Program-made: the position numbers and the translations under genes
The notes under the pieces: model-generated
The model's database searches: none
What the model was told of the DNA's origin: nothing
What the model saw: the letters and a program-made list of their open reading frames with translations, nothing else
Part shown: piece by piece, positions 10,530 to 20,888 of the stretch
Numbering within the stretch: the first letter of the stretch is position 1
Layout: every line of letters begins with the position of its first letter
Assembly (NCBI GenBank): GCA_000991405.1
Contig: LBRL01000001.1
Location: 315,200-379,199 of the forward strand
From: Candidatus Nomurabacteria bacterium GW2011_GWD2_36_14
GTDB taxonomy: Bacteria; Patescibacteriota; Minisyncoccia; Phycocordibacterales; UBA9973
Direction of reading: 5' to 3'
DNA length: 64,000 nt

Positions 10530-11568
10530 TTAAAATCTTCACTAGAGCCATCTCTAAAGGTAATTCATTAATAACGGCATTCTTAAGAGATTGATATGCT
10601 TCAAGTAAGATAGCCAAAGTAGCTGAAGATATATGTTCTGGTTTGTTTGCTATCAGTTCTGTAATGTACAACATGTCGTGTTCAGATATAACTTTCTCTA
10701 TTTCAGTTCTTGTCTTAGGTGCATAGCGAAGCATGAGAGCATATCGAAGTTTTGAAAGAATCATTTTTAAGTAAACTTGCATTTCAATGTTTTGATCACT
10801 GGCCTTCTTTATAGTTATAAAACCTCTCTCAATATCTTTATGAGCTATTGCATTCAAGAATTCATCTACAAGGACTGCATTTGGAGAGCCAGTAACTTCC
10901 TCTATATCAGAAAGACTTATTTGATTACTTCTAGAAAAAGATATAACTTTCTGCAAAGTTCCATAAGCATCACGGAAGGCTCCATCTGCAAGAAGTGCTA
11001 TAAGTCCTGCGCCACCTTCTTCGAGTGTATAGCCTTCTTTCTTAGCGACATTTGTAACGGCTGATGTTAAAATATTGTCTGTAGGCTTTTTAAATATAAA
11101 ACTCTGACACCTAGAAACAATTGTCTCAGGAACTTTCTCAAGCTCAGTAGTAGCAAGTATGAAAATAACATGACTTGGAGGCTCTTCAATAGTCTTAAGG
11201 AGTGCATTCCAAGCATCCTTGGTAAACATATGAACTTCATCGAGAATATAAATCTTGTACTTAGAATCGAAAGGCATTGTTCCCACACTTTCACGAATAC
11301 TGCGGACATCATCAATTCCACGATTCGAAGCTGCATCTAGCTCATATATGTCATTAACAGATGAACCAAGCTCGGAAGCTATTATACGAGCAATGGTTGT
11401 CTTGCCTGTCCCCCGTGGACCACACAGAAGATATGCATGGGAAACTTTCCCAGCCTTAAGTGCTCCCCCTATAGCCTTCACTATATGATCCTGTCCTATA
11501 ACCTCATCCCAGTTCTCTGGGCGGTATTTACGATATAGTGCAATATTAGAATCTTTTTTTTCTTGCAT
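10519..11568 (-). CDS. dnaX: DNA polymerase III subunit gamma/tau
   Basis: LYRKYRP, GPRGTGKTT, ELDAASNRGID, DEVHM, SRCQ. Confidence 0.97.
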   Translation of the reverse strand: MQEKKDSNIALYRKYRPENWDEVIGQDHIVKAIGGALKAGKVSHAYLLCGPRGTGKTTIARIIASELGSSVNDIYELDAASNRGIDDVRSIRESVGTMPFDSKYKIYILDEVHMFTKDAWNALLKTIEEPPSHVIFILATTELEKVPETIVSRCQSFIFKKPTDNILTSAVTNVAKKEGYTLEEGGAGLIALLADGAFRDAYGTLQKVISFSRSNQISLSDIEEVTGSPNAVLVDEFLNAIAHKDIERGFITIKKASDQNIEMQVYLKMILSKLRYALMLRYAPKTRTEIEKVISEHDMLYITELIANKPEHISSATLAILLEAYQSLKNAVINELPLEMALVKILNEK

Positions 11569-11585
11569 AAGTTGATTATAGCAAA

Positions 11586-12602
11586 TTAAAGAGTTTTTAG
11601 AAATTCTTTAATTATAGTTTCTACTTCCTTTGAATTACTAGTGTCCATGAGTTTTACACGAAGCTCCTTGGCCCCATCGAAGCCATTCACATAGGCTTTA
11701 TAATGTTTCTTCATAACGGCAAAGTTTTTAACCTTTCCTAAAAGTTTATCATAGAGCTTTGTGTGTTCAACTAGAACTTTCAATTTTTCTTTTATTGAAA
11801 TTTCTTGGCTCCTTGAGGCCTTGCCTCTGGCTCCCTTGAGGCAAGGCCTCTCCCTGCCAAAAAACCAAGGGTTACCAAAGACAGCTCTGCCTACCATGAT
11901 GCCATCGCAGCCAGTTTCTTTAGCTAACCTTATCCCATCTTCTAAACTTTTGACATCTCCATTGCCTATTATTTTTGTTTTCACCCCCATCTTGTTTCTT
12001 ATTTCTACTACTTCCTTCACGTGCTCCCATCTTGCTGGAACTAGGGACATCTCTTTCCTTGTACGAGCATGCACAGTCAAAGCATCAATATCTTGAGAAA
12101 GCAAAAAAGGAATCCATTCACTTATCTGATTTTTATTATAACCAATACGAGTCTTTACAGATATAGACATACTTTTAGCTTTCTTCTTTTTAGAGTCCTT
12201 TATACCATCCTTCACCGCTTCTATAATCTCTCCGGCTTTCTTTATATCCTTCATCATTGCTGCTCCTGCACCTTGCTTCTCTATAGAACGGTCAGGGCAA
12301 CCCATATTTATATCAATACCGTCAAATCCTAAGTCGGCACAAAGTTTAGAAGCCTCACGCATTTTGACGGGATTGGAAGAAAAAAGTTGAACAACTATTG
12401 GCCTTTCTTTCTCACTATAAAGCAAATCATATTTCAAAACTTCACGTCCCTTGCTTGATAAACCGTCTGCCGATACAAACTCGGTCCACATCACGTCTGG
12501 CTTGCCATACTTGGCAAACATACTTCGAAAAGCCACGTCGGTAACGTCTGCCATTGGCGCTAAACAAAAAAACGGTTTTGGTAATTTATCCCAGAATTTC
12601 AT
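11586..12602 (-). CDS. dus: tRNA-dihydrouridine synthase
   Basis: LAPMADVTD, IDINMGCP, TVHART, GNGDV, MVGRA; start uncertain (12602 or 12626). Confidence 0.94.
   Translation of the reverse strand: MKFWDKLPKPFFCLAPMADVTDVAFRSMFAKYGKPDVMWTEFVSADGLSSKGREVLKYDLLYSEKERPIVVQLFSSNPVKMREASKLCADLGFDGIDINMGCPDRSIEKQGAGAAMMKDIKKAGEIIEAVKDGIKDSKKKKAKSMSISVKTRIGYNKNQISEWIPFLLSQDIDALTVHARTRKEMSLVPARWEHVKEVVEIRNKMGVKTKIIGNGDVKSLEDGIRLAKETGCDGIMVGRAVFGNPWFFGRERPCLKGARGKASRSQEISIKEKLKVLVEHTKLYDKLLGKVKNFAVMKKHYKAYVNGFDGAKELRVKLMDTSNSKEVETIIKEFLKTL
11815..11850. repeat. In-frame palindromic element GAGGCCTTGCCTC-N10-GAGGCAAGGCCTC inside dus
   Basis: 13-bp inverted repeat with 10-bp spacer (36 bp); same architecture in iscS at 28115-28150. 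Confidence 0.8.
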
Positions 12603-12624
12603 AAATTTGAAAATTAAAGTCTTC

Positions 12625-12727
12625 ATAAAATAGCTCTTCTCATCGGGTCCGCATAATTTCTTGCTAGAAATTTGCTCATTGCTCGGGCCGTCGCCCTCCG
12701 CCGGCCCCTCTGATAAGACTATTTTAT
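12625..12727. repeat. GC-rich structured intergenic element with imperfect terminal inverted repeats
   Basis: ATAAAATAGCTCTTCTCA ... TGATAAGACTATTTTAT enclosing internal hairpins (AATTTC/GAAATT, GGGCCG/CGGCCC). Confidence 0.55.
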
Positions 12728-12734
12728 TTCGTCT

Positions 12735-13598
12735 TTAATTAAACTTATATAGTACCTTATTCTTAAACCTAAGATCTATATATAGAAGAGTATCATACTT
12801 TGAATTTATTTCATTTGCAAATTCTTTCTCCTTCATGGCTGTAGAGAAATTATCCAATATTGTTACCCAATCATTATCTTCCTTGAAAAGTATTTTAGGA
12901 TTTGAATTCCCTTGCGATTTTAAATAAAGAGAATATATGCCATTTGAATCAACAACAAGATAAGATGGATTAAACCCCAAGGATATAACTCCATCCATGA
13001 GTCTCACTAATTCATGGAACCTTTCTTTCTCATACATCTGCGTACCCAACGGATTATTAGCATCTCCTTTTATCTTTGTATAATATTTGAAATATACATC
13101 TCCTGAGAAGTATGGTGCTTTGTCGAAAATATATCCATCATTATTTACAAAGTAACAATTCTCCCCTATCTCTTCCTTATTTAGAGGAATAGATACTCCG
13201 CAATACAAATATGAACCAGTACGCTCTTCTAATTCAACTTTTAAAGTATTGAATCCAGATCTTTTTATTGTAAGTTTTTCTATTCTAGGAAATTCTGTTA
13301 TAAGACTTTTGTAAATCTTATCATGTGGATATACGAGAAAGTTAGAACGAGAAAAGAGCCATACATACTTACCTGACAATTTCACCCTAACACTAGATTC
13401 TATGTCTTTCTCATCTATAATATTATCTCCTATAACTACTATCTTATCTATCACAATCTTTGGATGTGACGAGAAATACGAAAGAGCTCCTACAAGAGAT
13501 ATAAAAAGTATAAAAAATAATATAATTAAACGCAATCGTCGAATTCTACGATTGCGCTTAATCAAAGCTATTCGTGGTGATGTAGGAATATCTTTCAT
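12735..13598 (-). CDS. FtsQ/DivIB-like cell division protein
   Basis: Basic N-terminus, single TM helix, POTRA-like region, C-terminal YIDLRF. Confidence 0.75.
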   Translation of the reverse strand: MKDIPTSPRIALIKRNRRIRRLRLIILFFILFISLVGALSYFSSHPKIVIDKIVVIGDNIIDEKDIESSVRVKLSGKYVWLFSRSNFLVYPHDKIYKSLITEFPRIEKLTIKRSGFNTLKVELEERTGSYLYCGVSIPLNKEEIGENCYFVNNDGYIFDKAPYFSGDVYFKYYTKIKGDANNPLGTQMYEKERFHELVRLMDGVISLGFNPSYLVVDSNGIYSLYLKSQGNSNPKILFKEDNDWVTILDNFSTAMKEKEFANEINSKYDTLLYIDLRFKNKVLYKFN

Positions 13599-13611
13599 TT
13601 ATTTTTAAAAT

Positions 13612-14874
13612 TTATGAAATAATATCTTTCCCCATGTATTTCTGTAAGACTTCCGGAACTTTTATCGTGCCATCGGCTTGTTGGAAGTTCTCTACCATTG
13701 AAACTAAAATCCTAGGAGTTGGTATAGCTGTGCAATTAAGTGAGTGGGCATAATTCATCTTGCCATTCTCATCCTTATATCTAATATTCATACGACGTGT
13801 CTGAAAATCATGAAAGTAAGAGGCAGAAGAAATCTCTCTATACTTTTCTTCCTTTGGAACCCAGAGTTCTACATCATACTTCTTCACTTGACCCATCCCC
13901 AAATCCCCTCCACAATTTACGACAGTACGATATGGAATTCCCAATGATTCTATAAATTCTTCAGTATTACGATTTATTTCTTCATGGAAAGCTACACTTT
14001 CAGTATGAGAAGCAGTGCATAGAACCACTTGCTCGAGCTTGTAGAATTCATGAACTCTTATCAATCCTTTTACATCCTTTGAGTGACTTCCAGCTTCTCT
14101 TCTATAACAAGGAGAAAATCCTAAATATTTTTTAGGTAACTCTTCAATTTTCAAAATTTCATCCGCATGGAAACCCATAAGTGGAACCTCCGCTGTACCT
14201 GCCAAGAAATCCCCATCTTGAGTTTTATACAAATCATCTTCACCTTGAGGTAAGTACCCTGTACCAAAGAAAGTTTTCCTATTTACAACAATTGGTGGAA
14301 TAAAGGGAGTGAAGCCTTTCTCTGAAAAGAAATCCATCGCATAATTCCAAATAGCCATAGACAAACGAACTCCATCTCCTGTAAGGAAGTAACCCCTGAA
14401 TCCATGAACCTTCACTCCACGTTCAAAGTCAACCATTTTGAGATTGGTCATGAGTTCTATATGATCCTTTGGCTCAAAATTAAAAGATGTTTTCTCTCCC
14501 CAAGCTTTTATCTCTTGATTATCAGCATCACTTTCCCCTTCAGGCACTGACATATCAGGAATATTAGGAACTGTAAGCATCAACGATTGCCATTCTGTCA
14601 TAACGGTTCTTAATTCTTCTTCTTTACCCACTAGCTCTTCTTTTACCATTTTCATTTCTCCTATCATTTGTCCACGAACAGCCATGTCTTTCTCTGTGGC
14701 GATAGAATTATTCATTTTATTCTGCTCTCCTCGCAAGAATTCAACACGTGAAAGAATCTCGAGACGCTTTTCATCAATATCAAGAAGCTTATCTATATCT
14801 ACTTCGATGTGCTTCTTCTTGGCACCCTCTTTAATTATATCTTTATTCTCACGTATGAATTTAATATCTAACAT
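13612..14874 (-). CDS. serS: Serine--tRNA ligase
   Basis: MLDIKFIREN, GTAEVP, CYRREAG, RVHEF, EISSAS; start at 14874 with TATACT 6 nt upstream. Confidence 0.97.
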   Translation of the reverse strand: MLDIKFIRENKDIIKEGAKKKHIEVDIDKLLDIDEKRLEILSRVEFLRGEQNKMNNSIATEKDMAVRGQMIGEMKMVKEELVGKEEELRTVMTEWQSLMLTVPNIPDMSVPEGESDADNQEIKAWGEKTSFNFEPKDHIELMTNLKMVDFERGVKVHGFRGYFLTGDGVRLSMAIWNYAMDFFSEKGFTPFIPPIVVNRKTFFGTGYLPQGEDDLYKTQDGDFLAGTAEVPLMGFHADEILKIEELPKKYLGFSPCYRREAGSHSKDVKGLIRVHEFYKLEQVVLCTASHTESVAFHEEINRNTEEFIESLGIPYRTVVNCGGDLGMGQVKKYDVELWVPKEEKYREISSASYFHDFQTRRMNIRYKDENGKMNYAHSLNCTAIPTPRILVSMVENFQQADGTIKVPEVLQKYMGKDIIS

Positions 14875-14990
14875 ATATATAGTATACCCCAAAGTAAAAT
14901 TTTTCACAAAATTTACTTTGGGGCACGGTAAAAAATGTTATACTATTTAAATTACTAGTCACAAACAACTAATTACTAGAAACTAATCCC

Positions 14991-15854
14991 ATGGAAGACG
15001 TCTACAAATTAAAACCGGAACAATTTCCAAAAGCTTTATTAGAGATACCGGAACCGCCGAAAGTTCTATATATACGAGGGAAACTTCCGAGTGAAGATAT
15101 GATCTATTTGGCAGTTGTCGGCTCTCGTAAATACACCTCGTATGGTAGAGATATTTGCGAGAAATTAATAAGAGGACTCAAAGGCTACCCTATAGTCATA
15201 GTCTCAGGGCTTGCTATCGGCATGGATAGTATTGCACATAGAATAGCACTAGATACTGGGCTCACAACGATTGCATTCCCTGGCTCTGGACTTGATAATA
15301 CTGTCCTGCATCCAAGAAGTAATATAAAACTTGCCCAAGAAATAGTAGACAAAGGCGGGTGTGTAATATCAGAACTTGAACCGTCATGCCCAGCAGCTTT
15401 GTACTCTTTTGTAAGAAGAAATAGATTAATGGCCGGAATGGTTAAAGCTGTACTTATAATAGAAGCAGAAGAAAAGTCAGGTACACTTGTCACTGCTCGT
15501 CTTGCTCTCGACTACAACCGCGACGTTCTAGCAGTCCCAGGCTCGGCCTTCTCTTCAAACTCAAATGGGACAAACTGGCTCATCAAACAAGGAGCCACCC
15601 CTGTAACCAACAGTGAGGAAATTCTCATCGCCCTAGGATTCAATATTGAAAAGTCCAAGCAAACAGACAAAGAAAAGTACGCCGACTGCGGAAAAAATGA
15701 AATGAAAATTATTGAACTCTTGCGTGAGCCAATGGAACGCAACGACCTCATCCGTGAACTCGGCATGAACATCGGCGAAGCTAATGCCCTACTCTCCATA
15801 ATGGAACTAAAAGATTTGATTAAGGAAGAATTAGGGGAGATTAGAAAAATTTAA
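14991..15854 (+). CDS. dprA: DNA-processing protein DprA
   Basis: AVVGSRK, IVSGLAIGMD, RRNRLMAG, EAEEKSGTL; upstream of topA. Confidence 0.95.
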   Translation: MEDVYKLKPEQFPKALLEIPEPPKVLYIRGKLPSEDMIYLAVVGSRKYTSYGRDICEKLIRGLKGYPIVIVSGLAIGMDSIAHRIALDTGLTTIAFPGSGLDNTVLHPRSNIKLAQEIVDKGGCVISELEPSCPAALYSFVRRNRLMAGMVKAVLIIEAEEKSGTLVTARLALDYNRDVLAVPGSAFSSNSNGTNWLIKQGATPVTNSEEILIALGFNIEKSKQTDKEKYADCGKNEMKIIELLREPMERNDLIRELGMNIGEANALLSIMELKDLIKEELGEIRKI

Positions 15855-15903
15855 ATAAACAATTATTTGCAAAAATAATTAGAAGGTGTTACTAATATAG
15901 ACA

Positions 15904-18132
15904 ATGAAACTATTAATTGTTGAATCACCATCGAAAGCAAAGACAATAGAAAAATATTTGGACGGCGCTTATACCGTACGCGCCTCTGTTGGACATATAC
16001 GCGACTTACCGAAATCAAATAAAGATGCCATAGATATAGAGGGTGGTTTTATTCCTCGTTATGAAATTTCAAAAGGCAAAGAAAAAGTTGTCCATGATTT
16101 GAAAACTCTTTCAGAAAAAGCGGATACCATAATGCTTGCAACCGACCCGGACCGTGAGGGAGAAGCTATCTCTTGGCATTTAAAAGAACTCTTAGATGCT
16201 GACAAGAAAATAAAAGCCAAGATAAAGCGTGTAGCCTTTCATGAAATTACAAAAGAGGCAGTAGAAGAAGCTTTGAAAAATCCTCGTGATATAGACCAAA
16301 GTCTAGTAAAGGCTCAAGAAGCTCGCAGAGTCCTAGATAGACTTGTAGGATATGACCTATCTGGAATAATCTGGAAGAAAGTCCGATACGGCCTTTCGGC
16401 TGGTAGAGTTCAATCTCCTGCACTCCGTATCATAATGGAAAGGGAAAGAGAAATTCGTGCTTTCATACCTGAACAATATTGGACTCTTGAAGGAAACTTT
16501 GAAACACACAAAAAAAACAAAATAACTTTGTCTTGTGTAGAAGAACCTCGCGACGAAAAAATTGTAAAAAACATTTTGGAACTTGGCAATAAAGAAAAGT
16601 GGTATGTAAAAGATTTGAAAACGAGTGAACAGAAGAGGCAACCTCGTGCTCCTTTTACAACCTCTACCCTTCAACAGACAGCAAGTACTAGACTTGGATT
16701 CTCCCCTTCACGAACAATGCAGGTCGCACAGAAACTTTATGAGCAAGGATTTATAACTTACATGCGTACTGATAGTACCAACTTGAGTCTTGTAGCTCAA
16801 AACCAAATAATTGCACTCGTAGAAAAAAAATATGGTAAAGAATATGCCGAGAAACATACATATAAAGCAAAATCAAAAAATGCTCAAGAAGCCCACGAAG
16901 CAATCCGCCCAACACATATAGAACAATTAAATGCTGGAGCAAATGAAGAGCAACACAAACTTTACCAACTCATATGGGAAAGAGTTGTGTCTTCACAAAT
17001 GTCTGATGCTAAATTATTAAAAACAAAAATAACAGCCAACTTAAAAGAAAATAAGATTCCTGACTTTACTGCCAATGGTTCACGAGTACTTTTCCCCGGG
17101 TGGCTCATATGCGAAACAGGGGCTCGAGGAGAGGATGTAGAACTTCCAGAAGTTACCGTTGGCGAAGAATTAAAGCTTATAGAATTAAATAGTACAGAAA
17201 AGGCCACAGAACCACCCAACCGCTATACTGAAGCAGGGCTTGTGAAAGAGCTTGAAGCTCGTGACATAGGAAGACCTTCTACATATGCATCGATAATGAA
17301 AACTCTCGAAGATAGAGGCTACGTCAGAAAAGAAGGCAAGACATTGTTCCCCACTGACACTGGGGACGTGGTCTCAAGTTTCCTTGAAGAAAATTTCGGT
17401 GAATATATTAGTGATACTTTCACTGCGGATATGGAAGATAAGCTTGACGATATATCAAATGGTAAAAGAGAATATATAAAGACATTGAAAGACTTCTATG
17501 CACCATTCCAAAAAGATGTAAAAGAAAAAGAAAAACTCGCCAAGGCTACAAATATGGGAGAAGCTCCAAGTGACATACTTTGTCCTAAGTGTGAAAGTAG
17601 GATGATAGTTAAACTTTCCCGTGGAGGTAAATTCTACTCTTGTAGCAAATACCCAGACTGCGATGGTGCTAGAACTATCGAAGGAGAAGTTCTAGATGGA
17701 CCAAAAGAAACAGGAGAGATTTGCCCAACTTGTGGGGAGAAGAAAGGTAAAAGTGGTGGAGGAAAACTTGTCATAAGAGTCAGACGTGATGGTGGTGGAA
17801 CTTTCATATCATGTTCTCGTTATCCCAAATGCAAATTTATAAAACAAGACGAAGAAGAAATAAAAAGAAAAATGACAGACATAACTTGCCCAACTTGTAA
17901 TAAAGGCAAAATGATGGAAAGAAAGGGACGCTTTGGAATATTCTATTCGTGTTCCAATTACCCAGATTGTAAAAATGCTATTAAAGCAAAACCCACAGGA
18001 AACATTTGTGAACTCTGTCAGTCACTGATGATGGAAGGTACAAAAACTATTCCGGAAAGATGTAGTAATAAAATGTGTAGAAATCATAACCCGCATAAAC
18101 TTGGCGATAATATAAAATCTAACAAAAAATAA
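15904..18132 (+). CDS. topA: DNA topoisomerase I with C-terminal zinc ribbons
   Basis: LIVESPSKAKTI, ATDPDREGEAI, SAGRVQS, ITYMRTDS, C4 zinc fingers. Confidence 0.98.
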   Translation: MKLLIVESPSKAKTIEKYLDGAYTVRASVGHIRDLPKSNKDAIDIEGGFIPRYEISKGKEKVVHDLKTLSEKADTIMLATDPDREGEAISWHLKELLDADKKIKAKIKRVAFHEITKEAVEEALKNPRDIDQSLVKAQEARRVLDRLVGYDLSGIIWKKVRYGLSAGRVQSPALRIIMEREREIRAFIPEQYWTLEGNFETHKKNKITLSCVEEPRDEKIVKNILELGNKEKWYVKDLKTSEQKRQPRAPFTTSTLQQTASTRLGFSPSRTMQVAQKLYEQGFITYMRTDSTNLSLVAQNQIIALVEKKYGKEYAEKHTYKAKSKNAQEAHEAIRPTHIEQLNAGANEEQHKLYQLIWERVVSSQMSDAKLLKTKITANLKENKIPDFTANGSRVLFPGWLICETGARGEDVELPEVTVGEELKLIELNSTEKATEPPNRYTEAGLVKELEARDIGRPSTYASIMKTLEDRGYVRKEGKTLFPTDTGDVVSSFLEENFGEYISDTFTADMEDKLDDISNGKREYIKTLKDFYAPFQKDVKEKEKLAKATNMGEAPSDILCPKCESRMIVKLSRGGKFYSCSKYPDCDGARTIEGEVLDGPKETGEICPTCGEKKGKSGGGKLVIRVRRDGGGTFISCSRYPKCKFIKQDEEEIKRKMTDITCPTCNKGKMMERKGRFGIFYSCSNYPDCKNAIKAKPTGNICELCQSLMMEGTKTIPERCSNKMCRNHNPHKLGDNIKSNKK

Positions 18133-18141
18133 TACACAATA

Positions 18142-18171
18142 TAAAAACTAGCTAAAAAAAGCTAGTTTTTA
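18142..18171. terminator. Hairpin, probable terminator between topA and rel
   Basis: TAAAAACTAGCT-AAAAAA-AGCTAGTTTTTA. Confidence 0.5.
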
Positions 18172-18178
18172 TATAATT

Positions 18179-19657
18179 ATGTCTATGAAACCAAAGGTAG
18201 AAGAAATACTTGATTTAGCCCATAAATTAAAGAAGGAAGACGTTGAGCTTATACAAAGAGCTTACGATTTTGCAAAGAAGGCTCACTCGGGGCAACTTCG
18301 TAAAAGTGGTGAACCATACTTCAACCACGTTTTTGCAACAGCAAAAAACTTGGCTGAATTAGGAATGAAAGCAAAAACAATATCTGCTGGTTTACTTCAT
18401 GATGTCATAGAAGACACTTCTATAACAGAAGAAGATATAAAAAAAGAATTTGGGGAAGAAATACTTTCTCTTATTAGTGGCGTCACCAAGCTAGGAACTG
18501 TTAGATACAAAGGTATCGAGCGTAAGGTTGAAAACTTGAGAAGATTCTTTGTATCTATGGCAGAAGATTTAAGAGTGCTTACTATCAAACTTGCAGATAG
18601 ACTTCATAATATAGAAACTCTTGAACATATCCGCCCTGACAAACAAAAACGTATAGCTCTCGAAACTCTTGAAATATACGCTCCCCTAGCAGACAGACTC
18701 TCTATGGGTCGCTTGAAGGGTCGTCTTGAAGATGCGGCTTTCAGATATGCATACCCTAAAGAATATGAGGAAGTAAAAAAAATGCTCCTAGAGAGAAAGG
18801 ATGCAAAGGAAAGATATTTAATTGAAGTAAGAGACAGACTAAATGAAAAAATATTAGAAGCAAAAATTAAAAATACAAAAATAGACTACCGTCAGAAACA
18901 TTTATATTCTCTTTGGAAAAAACTTCAAAAGTACAATATGGATATCGGTAAGATATATGACATTATCGCAATGCGTGTAATGGTAGATACTGTGTCTGAC
19001 TGCTATCATGTACTAGGTATTATTCACGGAGAATGGACACCCGTACCTAATCGTATTAAAGACTATATTGCAATGCCAAAAGCAAATGGATACCAAAGTC
19101 TTCATACTACAATCTTCACAGGAACCGGCGGAATTGTGGAGATACAGATACGAACCCATGAAATGCATGAACAAGCTGAGAATGGTATAGCAGCACATTT
19201 TATATATAAATCTAATGGTGTAGAGAAAAATCCTGATCTTAAAGAATTAGAATGGGTAAACCGTCTTCATGATTTAAACAAAGAACATGAAGATGAGAAA
19301 CCAAAAGAATTTTTAGAAAAAATTCATATGAATTTCTTTAAAGATAGAGTTTTCATATTTACACCAAAGGGTGACATTATCGACCTACCTGATGGCTCTT
19401 CAATTATAGACTTTGCTTATGCCATACACACAGATATAGGAAATCATGCTCAGGGAGCAAGAGTAAATGGGAAAAATTCATCATTGGGAACTGTCCTTAA
19501 AACTCATGATATAGTAGAAATACAAGTAAATAAAAATACAAACCCAACATCTAAATGGCTTGACTATGCAAAGACGACTCTCGCTCGTAGAGAAATAAAT
19601 GCCTATTTAAAACAGCATAGTCTCCTGTCTAAATTCCTATCATTCGGGAAAAACTAA
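18179..19657 (+). CDS. RelA/SpoT homologue (HD + synthetase + TGS; no ACT domain)
   Basis: RKSGEPY, LLHDVIED, KLADRLHN, NGYQSLHT, EIQIRT, FTPKG..DFAYAIHT. Confidence 0.93.
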   Translation: MSMKPKVEEILDLAHKLKKEDVELIQRAYDFAKKAHSGQLRKSGEPYFNHVFATAKNLAELGMKAKTISAGLLHDVIEDTSITEEDIKKEFGEEILSLISGVTKLGTVRYKGIERKVENLRRFFVSMAEDLRVLTIKLADRLHNIETLEHIRPDKQKRIALETLEIYAPLADRLSMGRLKGRLEDAAFRYAYPKEYEEVKKMLLERKDAKERYLIEVRDRLNEKILEAKIKNTKIDYRQKHLYSLWKKLQKYNMDIGKIYDIIAMRVMVDTVSDCYHVLGIIHGEWTPVPNRIKDYIAMPKANGYQSLHTTIFTGTGGIVEIQIRTHEMHEQAENGIAAHFIYKSNGVEKNPDLKELEWVNRLHDLNKEHEDEKPKEFLEKIHMNFFKDRVFIFTPKGDIIDLPDGSSIIDFAYAIHTDIGNHAQGARVNGKNSSLGTVLKTHDIVEIQVNKNTNPTSKWLDYAKTTLARREINAYLKQHSLLSKFLSFGKN

Positions 19658-19658
19658 A

Positions 19659-19705
19659 AATAAACTAAAAACTTACAGGCCTTGCCTGTAAGTTTTTAGT
19701 TTATT
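19659..19705. terminator. Long hairpin with CCTTG loop between convergent rel and parB
   Basis: AATAAACTAAAAACTTACAGG-CCTTG-CCTGTAAGTTTTTAGTTTATT; member of the CAAGG-loop family. Confidence 0.75.
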
Positions 19706-20750
19706 AGATTGAAAAATTCTTAATATTATAGAGGTCTACATCTTCCTCTGCCTTTTTCACCTCTTCATTAGTACGATCGTCTATTAAATGCATATCATCT
19801 TGTGAATCTTCTACTATCAAAACCTCTCCATCAGGTACTGAAACTTCCACCTCCCCTGCTTTATTCTCTGCCTCTTTCTGAGAGATAAATTTCTCAAGCA
19901 TTAGATTAGGGTTACCACCTTCATTATTTTTTGATTTAATGATATCGAGAATTGTACGAAGATCATCGTTGGTAAAGAAGTCGATAGTGATATACCCTCC
20001 ATTTTCTTTCCTTTCTATGTGAACTCTCGTACCAAGGGTTTCCTGAAGCTTCCCTTCTATTTCGCTTATTTCTGGGTCTTGAATATACTCCTTCTTTCGA
20101 ACCTTATCAAAGGCAATTTTGCGAGCAATCTTCTCTGCGTCACGGACAGTGAGCTTCTTCCACATGATTTCTTTGAAAAGCACAGACTGCTCATCGGGCC
20201 TATCGGAAAGCATAAGGATAGGACGTGTATGGCCTTCGCTTATTTTACCAGCAGATAGAGCATCAAGCATTTCTTGTGGAAGTGCAAGTAGACGAAGAGT
20301 GTTGGAGACGTACTCGCGACTCTTCCCCATTTTTTGACCAATCTGAGTATGATTAAATTTAAACTCTTCTACAAGTCGGAAGAATGCACGAGCACGCTCG
20401 ACTGCATTCAAATCTTCGCGTTGAAGATTCTCAATAATAGAAAGTTCAAGCTTGGCCATGTTGTCGTCTCCCACACGAATAATAGCTGGGACTTGTGTGA
20501 GCCCAGCAAGCTTTGAAGCTCGGAGCCTTCTCTCTCCAGCGATGAGCTCGTACTCTACTACTATACCTTCGTCTTCTTTAACTATCTCAATACGAGAAAC
20601 TGTAAGCGGTTGCAAAATACCATACTGACGAATCGAATCAGCCAAATCTCTCAACCTTGCTTCGTCAAACTCACGACGAGGCTGAAAAGGGTTCGGCTTA
20701 ATCTTTTCTATATCTATCCAAAAAATTGAATTACTATAAAGTTGTGACAT
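19704..20750 (-). CDS. parB: ParB/Spo0J partition protein
   Basis: PNPFQPRREF, LIAGERRLRA, IENLQREDL; start MSQLY at 20750 (extended -10 7 nt upstream). Confidence 0.95.
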   Translation of the reverse strand: MSQLYSNSIFWIDIEKIKPNPFQPRREFDEARLRDLADSIRQYGILQPLTVSRIEIVKEDEGIVVEYELIAGERRLRASKLAGLTQVPAIIRVGDDNMAKLELSIIENLQREDLNAVERARAFFRLVEEFKFNHTQIGQKMGKSREYVSNTLRLLALPQEMLDALSAGKISEGHTRPILMLSDRPDEQSVLFKEIMWKKLTVRDAEKIARKIAFDKVRKKEYIQDPEISEIEGKLQETLGTRVHIERKENGGYITIDFFTNDDLRTILDIIKSKNNEGGNPNLMLEKFISQKEAENKAGEVEVSVPDGEVLIVEDSQDDMHLIDDRTNEEVKKAEEDVDLYNIKNFSI

Positions 20751-20852
20751 ATCTTGTATTTTAGCATATTTTTTAAATGTTGAAAAATAAATAACAAATT
20801 GAAATACATAATTACTTATAGTCAATACAAACAGTTAATAACACAAAGCACT

Positions 20853-20882
20853 TTGACTTAAAGTAAGTTAAGATGATATAAT
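20853..20882 (+). promoter_or_regulatory. Sigma-70 promoter TTGACT-18-TATAAT with extended -10, 6 nt before the ATG
   Basis: Near-consensus boxes; TGATATAAT; imperfect inverted repeat TTGACTTA-AAG-TAAGTTAA overlaps the -35 box. Confidence 0.7.
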
Positions 20883-20888
20883 ATATAC

